Shown: piece after piece, positions 44,170-51,693 of the stretch
Layout: each line of letters starts with the position of its first letter
How positions within the stretch are numbered: position 1 is the first letter of the stretch
Source: Pyrinomonadaceae bacterium
Lineage (GTDB): Bacteria > Acidobacteriota > Blastocatellia > Pyrinomonadales > Pyrinomonadaceae
Length of the DNA: 64,000 nucleotides
Direction of reading: 5' to 3'
Assembly (NCBI GenBank): GCA_036401595.1
Contig: DASWUM010000020.1
Coordinates: forward strand, 4,784-68,783
Position numbers and translations under genes: made by a program
Notes under the pieces: model-generated
Databases searched by the model: none
What the model saw: the letters and a program-made list of their open reading frames with translations, nothing else
What the model was told of the DNA's origin: nothing

Positions 44170-44496
44170 TTACGGCGATTGCGTGAGGAAGTCTTCAATC
44201 AAACGACGGTCGTTTTCTTCTTTGATTCTGGTGAACAGTTTCGTCCCCAGTTTCCTGATCGTCGCGGGCTTATCGAACGGCAAGCGATCGTACATCTGCC
44301 CGCCACTAAAATGACACGGCATGCACTTCGATTGGAAGATTGGCTTTAACTGCGTTTCGAAATCCACCCGCGCTTTGACGGTTGAAGGTGTCACTACAGT
44401 CGCAGAGGCAACTTCCGGCCAGCGAGCGAACTTAACCGTCCCACCGGACTCAACCAGCAACAACCCGATCGCAATTAAGATCAGAACAACCCGCAT
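44170..44496 (-). CDS. small exported c-type cytochrome-like protein (PSCyt1-like CxxCH)
   Basis: LKPIFQSKCMPCHFSGG carries a CxxCH haem-binding motif in the context typical of the planctomycete cytochrome C domain. N-terminal TM/signal present. Confidence 0.55.
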   Translation of the reverse strand: MRVVLILIAIGLLLVESGGTVKFARWPEVASATVVTPSTVKARVDFETQLKPIFQSKCMPCHFSGGQMYDRLPFDKPATIRKLGTKLFTRIKEENDRRLIEDFLTQSP

Positions 44497-44637
44497 ACTC
44501 CCTAATGTTACTCCTTAAATCGGAGCAGTAAATAACAAAAAGTGACGAGTCGTTGCTGCCGGGTTGTGAAATGATGAACAACCCAGGTAGGGGGAGTCTT
44601 TCTATCACGCCGCCAAAGCGTCGGCTTGCATGAATTG

Positions 44638-45018
44638 TTACGGCATACGCTGGTATTGTGCAGCCCAATCCTTGAGCACCTTAATTCTTGCACTGGTGAA
44701 TTCTGACCAACAATTTAACCTGGCGTCTTCTCTTATCATCTCTTTGAAGTTCATCTCTGCTGTAAAAGCACAAGAGTCTTCTACGAATCTTCGCCAGGTG
44801 ATTTGAGATTTTTTTAGCAACGCCGCCGCGGCGGGGCGGTTTCTTGTTGAGAGGCTCTGATACAAAGGTTTGTAGGCGGAATTGAGATTTTTGTCGAGTT
44901 TGTCGTAGAGACAGACACGAACAGCATCCATTGTCAGTCCGGCCTGCTCGCAGTCCTGTGCGTTGACGGTGAACCCGACCGCGAGCATGAAGATGAAGGC
45001 AAAAGCAAAATTTTTCAT
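44638..45018 (-). CDS. DUF1311 (LprI-like lysozyme-inhibitor fold) exported protein
   Basis: I start the gene at MKNFAFAFIFMLAVGFTVNAQ (cat at 45016-45018, RBS aaggga). Conserved pattern C....C...LN.AYK.L......LKKSQITWRRFVEDSC. Confidence 0.7.
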   Translation of the reverse strand: MKNFAFAFIFMLAVGFTVNAQDCEQAGLTMDAVRVCLYDKLDKNLNSAYKPLYQSLSTRNRPAAAALLKKSQITWRRFVEDSCAFTAEMNFKEMIREDARLNCWSEFTSARIKVLKDWAAQYQRMP

Positions 45019-45085
45019 ATGCGCTCCCTTATTAAAAATCGGAATTAACCCCGTTTTGCCTGCGAAGGAATTGTTATGCCGGCGG

Positions 45086-46228
45086 CTAACGTATGAGGTT
45101 GTAAACATCTTTATCGGAAACAAGGAAAGCACGGCCAAGTCCGATAAACTTCATATCATGGAACCGAATCTCTGAGTTGACTCTGCTCCAGGTCTTTCCG
45201 CCATCTGTTGTTTCGTAGAGAAATCTATTGTCTCCGAGCGCCCAGCCGTGCTCCGCGTTGTCAAAGTGCATGGCTGTAAAAAGCTCCCATCCCGCTTCTT
45301 TAGTCGCCATCTGCTCTGGAGACATAACATCACACCAGTGTCGTCCGCCGTCGACACTCCTGATGACACCACCATCTTCATAGCCGATCCAAATCACTTT
45401 GAAGTCAAGCATGGCAAGAGTCAGTGGACTGATAGCATAGTCTTGCTCCACATACTCCCTGCGCACACAGCTTTTATTGAGTTCACTCGAATTCCAGGTA
45501 ACACCACCGTCATTGCTGCGATAGATAGCGAGATTGCCTAAGGCGATGCCTTGTTTCTCATTCGCGAATTGAATTCGCCTGATCCGGCCCCAGACGCCGT
45601 CGTTTAGAGACTTCTGCCACGTCTTCCCACCATCGGCGGTGTGAAAAATGGCTTCCACCAGCACGCGTTTTCCCGTTACATCTTTGGTATTGTTGGGAAC
45701 TCCAAACTTCAGTTCTTCTTTCGTCTGATCGCGGTAAAGGCCACCTGCAAGCCATCCGGACTTTCCGTCTGCAAGAAAGTACAACGATCTGATCTCGCCA
45801 TTTGGGCCCTCGAGTGGCGACGACTCATGGATCCAGGTGCGGCCACCGTCTTCAGTCTTATAGAGCCTGGAAAAGGAAAAGCTCCAACCAACCGCGGCAT
45901 TGGTGAAGTGGTAACCAAGAATTAGTTCATCACCCGGAGTGTGATAGATCTCCTGCCAATTCTTGCCCCCATCGACCGATTGCCACAGGATTTTTTGAGT
46001 GCTTAGCCAGCAGACCTGTTCATTCACACAATCGATCGAGAAATCGGGACGATCAGTGAGCGGCAGTTCGCCAACCTTCGATAGTCCCGGAGTGCTCGTG
46101 TTGCTTTCATTTTGGGTTGCAGATGACGCTGAATTACTCGAGTCCTTCGAGATTGTAGTGCCGGCGTTCGAGCAACCAGCAAAACAAAGCACACAGCTCA
46201 TCAGCAACCCAATGATTCTCGTCATCAC
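45086..46228 (-). CDS. lipoprotein with BNR/Asp-box repeats (Ycf48/sortilin-like beta-propeller)
   Basis: Lipobox CFAGCS. Six SxDxGxTW-type boxes: SVDGGKNW, TEDGGRTW, TADGGKTW, SNDGGVTW, SVDGGRHW and TTDGGKTW. Confidence 0.8.
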   Translation of the reverse strand: MMTRIIGLLMSCVLCFAGCSNAGTTISKDSSNSASSATQNESNTSTPGLSKVGELPLTDRPDFSIDCVNEQVCWLSTQKILWQSVDGGKNWQEIYHTPGDELILGYHFTNAAVGWSFSFSRLYKTEDGGRTWIHESSPLEGPNGEIRSLYFLADGKSGWLAGGLYRDQTKEELKFGVPNNTKDVTGKRVLVEAIFHTADGGKTWQKSLNDGVWGRIRRIQFANEKQGIALGNLAIYRSNDGGVTWNSSELNKSCVRREYVEQDYAISPLTLAMLDFKVIWIGYEDGGVIRSVDGGRHWCDVMSPEQMATKEAGWELFTAMHFDNAEHGWALGDNRFLYETTDGGKTWSRVNSEIRFHDMKFIGLGRAFLVSDKDVYNLIR

Positions 46229-46264
46229 ATTGTTAGGCTCATGTTTATGTGCCTGATGGCGCCA

Positions 46265-46380
46265 GAGTTAATCACAGCGACCTTCGTCAAATCGTGGTTG
46301 CCCACAGTGGACAATCTTCGCAACTTTTTTGCGACGCTACCGATAGAGATGCTCAGTTTCTTGCGACGGTGCCAGAAGTC
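46265..46380. repeat. att-like mosaic: left half resembles the tRNA-proximal junction (53303-53350), right half resembles the distal junction (50474-50540), around a diverged tRNA-3'-end-like core
   Basis: gagttaatcacagcgaccttcgtcaaatcgTGGTTGCCCACAGTGGAC versus gagttaattctagcgaccttcgtcatatcgTGGTAGCGCATACGGGAC (39/48 identical). Next, aatcttcgcaacttttttgcgacgctaccgatagagatgctcagtttcttgcgac versus aatcttcgcaactttttcctgtcgccatcggcagaaatgctcaggttcttgcaac. Confidence 0.75.
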
Positions 46381-46442
46381 GATGTAGGCATATAGTCGAT
46401 TCGAGTCTGCGGAACCTTTAACGTAACCAATGTCAATCGTTC

Positions 46443-47033
46443 TCAAATAACAACGACACTCTCGGTCGCGGGCGGGATATTGTGCATATCAAGAAGTGGT
46501 CTGGCGTCTGGCATAATAAGATTCCGCGGAATTGGTTCTCGACGCCAGAACCGTTGAAATACCTGTGGGCCACTCTCACCCGTCTCGATAGCATTGATTA
46601 GATAGCGGAAATCAGCCAGGAAAAATCGCGTATAGGCAACATCAAGCTCAACCGGTAGGTCGGGCTCAACCTCGCCCACCAAAGTTCTCCCTATCTCGGC
46701 TGCTTCATACTCATGGTCGTAAATGAGCTGAACATCGCGTGAGAAGAGTTCTTGACCGCGTCGTAACACAAGTGCGTTAGCCCGCTTTACGCGCTCGTTC
46801 ATGCCGGCGATTTGAGTCATGTGACCAAATAGATGGGCGACAGTGAACCAGAGCGCAAAGGGCGATGCGCTTTGAGGAAAGAGGGTTATCGTATGCCCTT
46901 CAAAGACTCCTATGAATCGGGCTTGATCAGAAGGAGGTACGGCGTCGAGAGTTGTCACCCCTAACCGTTCCACATACAAGCGTAACCGAGTCAGTTTTGC
47001 TGGAAACTCAGAACGACTTAGAAAATCATCCAT
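46443..47033 (-). CDS. ImmA/IrrE (DUF955)-like protein with degenerate metalloprotease motif
   Basis: FTVAHLFGHM aligns with the family signature FTLAHELGH, but the catalytic Glu is replaced by Leu. Length is 196 aa. Confidence 0.45.
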   Translation of the reverse strand: MDDFLSRSEFPAKLTRLRLYVERLGVTTLDAVPPSDQARFIGVFEGHTITLFPQSASPFALWFTVAHLFGHMTQIAGMNERVKRANALVLRRGQELFSRDVQLIYDHEYEAAEIGRTLVGEVEPDLPVELDVAYTRFFLADFRYLINAIETGESGPQVFQRFWRREPIPRNLIMPDARPLLDMHNIPPATESVVVI

Positions 47034-47229
47034 CGATAAAGTTCTCTCAAATAGAAGTGAACGGACTTAAATTAAACCATCCAGCAGCGCTTCGAAAACT
47101 AATTCGAGCGTTGTTCAAGGCGGTGCAATACGTCAAGTCAAACCCTGACAACGGTAACGCGCTCATCGGCTACGAAGGCCGTTTAATTATATTGAACTGC
47201 GAGTTGAAAGGCAGCGTTTTTTGAATCAA

Positions 47230-48408
47230 ATGCGGTCCACCCAAGCAAAACTTCTGAATTGTTTATGTGCGATGACAACGATTTTCCTCAGCTGTCTCGG
47301 TCCACATTGGCTGGCCCAGGAACTGTCCAAAGATCTTCCCGGGCGAGAGTGGAGAGATATGGTCGGTACGGATCTTTGGGGCAGCGACTGTAAGCCCGCT
47401 GAGAATCCCAAGGATGGTGCCCGCATTTGCAGGGGAGTCGAAGGTTATTCGCTCCTGATTAAAGGTGATGAGGTTGAGCGGGGGCTTTTCTTAGCGAAAC
47501 CGGAAATTTATTTGATTGCCCCGAATGGACGACACTATCCGCTGCGCTACTGGAATACCAGCGATCCCAAATATGAGGGGCTTCACCGTTCTGCATTATG
47601 GCTAATAGTAAATACGCCCAGAAAAACTATTACTCTTACATTCACCTTGAAAGTTGCGCAGAGGCAAGACTATTCGTACAGCGATTCTTACGACGTCATC
47701 GTAAGAGTTTCTCCAACTCCTGTTTGCATTGTTGGAAGCGTCGCCGGCAGTTCCACGTCGGCTGGTGAAAGTGTCGGGATCTCAAGCACTCCACGCGGAC
47801 GACCCTGTCTAAACCTGAATGAGTACGAAAAGCGGGATTGGTTTCTTACCGCGCGAAGACTGGCAAACGAAGGACAGATCAATGCTGCGAGGCGCTCGCT
47901 GAGGAGAGTTCGCGAACCTTCTGAACGCTTCATAGTGTATCGCGAAATGGCGAGCAGTCAGTTCAAGGCAGGTAATTCGGAAGCTGCTCGACGGATACTA
48001 ATCGGAGCGCGCGCGGAGGCGCTCAAAAGTCATTTTCGTGAGGGCCTAAACTACACACTGAGTAATGTCGTTAGCGGTCTGACAGAGTCGGGATTCTACG
48101 ATGCCGCAAAAGCAGACATCAGGCTCTTTCCTGATGCCGACAGGGTGCAAATGTATTTAACTGTTGCCTTCATCCAAGGCGAACGAAACGATCTCAATGC
48201 GGCCAAGAAAACCTTTCAAGAAGCAATTCAACGCGAAGTGAGGAAAAACGGTCCACACGCTGATTGGAGACTATATGAAATCGGTATGGCCCAAGCGCGT
48301 ATGGGACTGCTCGACGAAGCAAGAAAAACCGCTTCAATGATCCGTGATCCTTCACCTCGGCAGATGCTTGAAACCAGTATTAGGGAACGATCGGCAAAAC
48401 CAGAATAG
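47230..48408 (+). CDS. hypothetical exported protein with C-terminal TPR-like helical repeats
   Basis: Signal-like LLNCLCAMTTIFLSCLGPHWLAQ. The C-terminal half is alpha-helical repeats (AARRILIGARAEALK and LDEARKTASMI). The start is ATG 47230, or TTG 47221 as in the track. Confidence 0.55.
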   Translation: MRSTQAKLLNCLCAMTTIFLSCLGPHWLAQELSKDLPGREWRDMVGTDLWGSDCKPAENPKDGARICRGVEGYSLLIKGDEVERGLFLAKPEIYLIAPNGRHYPLRYWNTSDPKYEGLHRSALWLIVNTPRKTITLTFTLKVAQRQDYSYSDSYDVIVRVSPTPVCIVGSVAGSSTSAGESVGISSTPRGRPCLNLNEYEKRDWFLTARRLANEGQINAARRSLRRVREPSERFIVYREMASSQFKAGNSEAARRILIGARAEALKSHFREGLNYTLSNVVSGLTESGFYDAAKADIRLFPDADRVQMYLTVAFIQGERNDLNAAKKTFQEAIQREVRKNGPHADWRLYEIGMAQARMGLLDEARKTASMIRDPSPRQMLETSIRERSAKPE

Positions 48409-48560
48409 TTACGATTGTTATCATCCACGCCTGACGGCCGCTCGCTACCAGGACTTTACGCAAAAATCTACTTACTGAATAGTGCGTAGTTGTTGAAAGG
48501 ATGGTGGTAGCCCGGCTAGCGAGTCGGGTTGAATGACTTGTTGGATTTCGTCGGTAGATT

Positions 48561-48857
48561 CTAAATGCTCTTGCCATTACGCCCTTCGCTAAAATAGCGG
48601 TCGACGACGGCGACCAGATTTCGTAAATTCTCTTCGGTGCGAATCTGAGAATCCACTAGCGCATTGATTTTGACATTGACGTCATTGAATCCAACGTGCG
48701 TCACGCTGGCGAGGCGCGCGACGATCTCCCCAGTTTGGGCGACTACCTGGTCAGTTCGAGCTTGCGATTCCTGTAATTGCTGAATGTCGGAAGCAAACTG
48801 CGCTTGCTGCTCCACGATAAAGGCCATCTTTTTTTCGATTTCTTCGTTACTCATCAT
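48561..48857 (-). CDS. hypothetical small coiled-coil protein
   Basis: 98-aa ORF with heptad-like sequence (IVEQQAQFASDIQQLQESQARTDQVV). RBS ggagat lies upstream. Confidence 0.5.
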   Translation of the reverse strand: MMSNEEIEKKMAFIVEQQAQFASDIQQLQESQARTDQVVAQTGEIVARLASVTHVGFNDVNVKINALVDSQIRTEENLRNLVAVVDRYFSEGRNGKSI

Positions 48858-49270
48858 GAGGATCTCCTGTACTAATTGCAGAGAGTGTAACGAAGAGTCA
48901 CGTTAAGACCAAGCGTCGGCGTGAAATGAGTAGTTGGGCCGCACAGGGATCGAATCGAAATCACCAGGCGGTAGTTTTTCCATACGCCGTGACTGGCACT
49001 ATAGTTTGGCCGGAAGTGCGAATTGGAAGTTAATCGTGGCCGAAAGTACAGACCTTCAGGACGAGTAATTGTTCCTTTCACAATCCGCGAAGTCACAGAG
49101 CTATACTCTCACCCATGCCTTATAGACTTCAGCCGGATTTCCAAGCCCAAAGACTCGAAGAGAATGTCGAGCCGGATCGAACTATACCCAAAGCAGGGCC
49201 TTTCGGCGCTCAACTGTCCAAGGCTATAAGCTGCAGTTCTAACTACAGGCTCCGTACAAAAGAGGAACAT

Positions 49271-50347
49271 ATGAAGAGAATGTTGCTTTCGCTACTCGTG
49301 CTTTTGATATCAACAAACGCTTGGGCGCAACCGCCGCTCGATGCATTCATTGCCGGCTATGCCAAGGCACACAATTTCAATGGCACGATCCTGGTCCAAA
49401 AGAACGACAAAGTCATTTACTCGAGCAGTTTCGGACTGGCGAACTTTCGCTTCGATGTTCCCAATACGGTGCAGACCAAATATCGCATCGCTTCGATCAC
49501 AAAGGTGTTCACTTCGGTTCTCGTCTTGCAGCTTCAAGAGCAAGGACTGCTTGATCTCAATAAGACCATCAAGACGTACCTACCCGACTACACCGGCCCT
49601 GCCGCTGACAAGGTGACCCTGCATCAACTGCTGAATCACACATCCGGTATCGAAAATATGGACAAGGTGAAGAGCGCAGACGAGGCAATAAGAATTGGCC
49701 TGCCGGCGTACCAGTTGCCACACACCGCTGACCAACTGTTGACCCAGTTCGCCAGCGGCGCGTTGGTGCATACGCCCGGCACCGTGTTCGATTATAACAA
49801 CGCCGACTACATCATTCTGGGCAAAATCATCGAGCGTGTATCCGGTAAGACCTACGATCAGGTCCTGAAAGCCCAGATCCTGCAACCGCTGGAAATGATG
49901 GACACCGGCATGCCGTATCAGCACAACATCATCCACGGCCTGGCCGATACCTATTTCTTTCGCGAGGACCTCGGCACCCTCGTACCCGACCTGCCCCACT
50001 ATCCAGAAAACTGGTACGCCGCCGGCGGCCTGTACTCGACAGTCAATGACCTGCTGAAATTTTCCAACGCACTGTTCGGTGAGAAGCTGCTGAAAAGGGA
50101 CTCACTCACTCGCATGATCAAACCGGGGCTCGACGACTATGGCTATGGACTGTGGTCGTATGAGACCAAAATAGGCGGCAAGAAATATCGCGTCGTTAAG
50201 CGGCCAGGGCAGATTATGGGCGCGCAGAGTCAGCTTTATCACTTTATGGACGCAGCGGTGACGGTGATCATGCTGAGCAACACGGGAACTACCGATCTCG
50301 ACCAGTTCGTAGCGGAGATCGGTAAGCGAGTCGTTAACAATCCTTAG
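49271..50347 (+). CDS. serine hydrolase, beta-lactamase class C / penicillin-binding protein family, exported
   Basis: I start the gene at MKRMLLSLLVLLISTNAWAQ (RBS agagga). SxxK motif in RIASITKVFTS, and YNNADY matches the YxN motif. Confidence 0.8.
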   Translation: MKRMLLSLLVLLISTNAWAQPPLDAFIAGYAKAHNFNGTILVQKNDKVIYSSSFGLANFRFDVPNTVQTKYRIASITKVFTSVLVLQLQEQGLLDLNKTIKTYLPDYTGPAADKVTLHQLLNHTSGIENMDKVKSADEAIRIGLPAYQLPHTADQLLTQFASGALVHTPGTVFDYNNADYIILGKIIERVSGKTYDQVLKAQILQPLEMMDTGMPYQHNIIHGLADTYFFREDLGTLVPDLPHYPENWYAAGGLYSTVNDLLKFSNALFGEKLLKRDSLTRMIKPGLDDYGYGLWSYETKIGGKKYRVVKRPGQIMGAQSQLYHFMDAAVTVIMLSNTGTTDLDQFVAEIGKRVVNNP

Positions 50348-50459
50348 CAGCGGAGCCAAGCCCCGGTCTTGCACCGAAGGGATTGCCTGAAAACAAGCGG
50401 GCTAAAATCCTGATTATGGACCTAAGGTTGGCCGCAATGTTTGGAACTAAATAGAAAGT

Positions 50460-50477
50460 TGGTAGCGCATACGGGAC
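50460..50477. repeat. 18-bp exact direct repeat of the tRNA-Glu 3' end (distal att site)
   Basis: tggtagcgcatacgggac at 50460-50477 is identical to 53333-53350. That sequence is ACCA plus the acceptor and T-stem 3' strand of the tRNA, read on the plus strand. Confidence 0.9.
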
Positions 50478-50611
50478 AATCTTCGCAACTTTTTCCTGTC
50501 GCCATCGGCAGAAATGCTCAGGTTCTTGCAACAGCTGAGAGAGGCGGTCTAGTCCGGCAAGTCGAAATCGACCTCAAAGCCATTTTTAGAGGCATAGATT
50601 AATAACCCTAT

Positions 50612-50740
50612 TTAGGCAAGTTCAATGAATGAGCGCAGAACGTCTTGGGCCAGCACATGTTGTTCCAAGACGAGACGCTTAAACTCTTCAAGCTTGCCAT
50701 CAGGGATTTTGAGTCTAGCGACACATTGAAGTTCGCTCAT
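50612..50740 (-). pseudogene. truncated antibiotic-biosynthesis-monooxygenase (ABM)-like gene fragment (42 codons)
   Basis: My translation is MSELQCVARLKIPDGKLEEFKRLVLEQHVLAQDVLRSFIELA*. The first ~25 residues resemble the N-terminus of about 100-aa ABM/quinol monooxygenase proteins (ARFKI..GKLEEFK). RBS ggaagt. It is below the track's size cutoff. Confidence 0.35.
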
Positions 50741-50838
50741 TGCTCTTACTTCCGGTTCTTATCTCAAGACGTTGGATATCTAGCCGCGCCGCCTAACGAC
50801 CTGACGTTAACCTGCGGGCGCACCAGCGCCAGTCAGTT

Positions 50839-51549
50839 TCAAGGTCCGGTTAGCCAGCCGCCTCCCACATGTGCGATGAGGTCCGGTTCGGCCAGCAGAA
50901 CGTTGCGCATGAAATAGGACAGGTCAGCACAGAACGCCAGGAAACCCTCCTCGCCCACAGTTATCTGACCGTCAAACGCGACGTAGGCACCAGACTCGAG
51001 AATCAAAGCGCAATCAGGACGCCGGTCATCACGCGTGTCGGCCATCCGTTTCTTGAGTGAATCCACCGACGCGAAACCTTTGAATCCGACGGCAACCATC
51101 GGGATCCTCGAGACGCTCGGTCCAACCTCACTGAAACCCGAGGTTGGATCGATCTGGAGGTGCCTCCGCCATTTGCGTCGGAGCGGGTGCAACTTAGCCG
51201 TTGTTTCCTCGACTTGCGACCACTGAGCAGCTAAGTCCGACTTGACCTCTCCGACGCAAGCGACCGACTCCGCGAGATAGAGGCGCTCGCCTCCTCCTGG
51301 CGCGGGAAAGCTTGCGAAAAACGGGAACTCCACGACGACATCGAGCTGGCCGGTGGTCAGACCAGCTGCGTCTGCGATTGCACCACTGCCGAAACGGTAT
51401 GGCAAAGGAAAGACACGCTCGAGAAACTCCCGCACGAGGGTCTCCCGCTCGCCTCCCTTTGCAGCGTTTGGAAGGAGGGCGGATGCCCTGTGATGGGCCA
51501 TTAGGATCTCGCGAATCCCGCGCAAGCGAGCTCTGAGGGCTTCGTTCAC
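50839..51549 (-). CDS. PD-(D/E)XK nuclease-fold protein, DUF6602-like
   Basis: GGERETLVREFLERVFPLPYRFGSGAIADAAGLTTGQLDVVVEF...LYLAESVACVGEVKSDL follows the DUF6602 layout: G..RE...FL...LP, GsG.I.D..G..S.Q.D.V, then ExK. Confidence 0.6.
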   Translation of the reverse strand: MNEALRARLRGIREILMAHHRASALLPNAAKGGERETLVREFLERVFPLPYRFGSGAIADAAGLTTGQLDVVVEFPFFASFPAPGGGERLYLAESVACVGEVKSDLAAQWSQVEETTAKLHPLRRKWRRHLQIDPTSGFSEVGPSVSRIPMVAVGFKGFASVDSLKKRMADTRDDRRPDCALILESGAYVAFDGQITVGEEGFLAFCADLSYFMRNVLLAEPDLIAHVGGGWLTGP

Positions 51550-51693
51550 GAACTTCTCCGTCTGGGCTAACGTTGCGCTTCACCGGCTCGCCCACGCAAC
51601 TACTAATAAAGGCTACTCACCGGCGAGTCCGCTGCAAGCGCTTGTTCGGCGCTGCGTGAAAACATCGGCGCAAGACAATGGCAAAGCCGCCCC

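Noticed and set aside
46225-46446. 73-aa ORF on the minus strand between the BNR gene and the ImmA-like gene.
   Set aside because: It coincides with the att-like mosaic DNA, which is similar at the nucleotide level to two non-coding junctions. It has no RBS and no family resemblance, so it is more likely non-coding.
48504-48540. tggtagcccggc... considered as a possible fourth att core or tRNA fragment.
   Set aside because: Only the first 7-8 nt match the tRNA-Glu 3' end. No T-arm or acceptor pairing can be drawn, so this is within chance expectation.
50645-50917. 90-aa plus-strand ORF in the islet's distal part.
   Set aside because: It has no RBS or family signal. The opposite strand carries the ABM-like fragment and the 3' end of the DUF6602-like gene.
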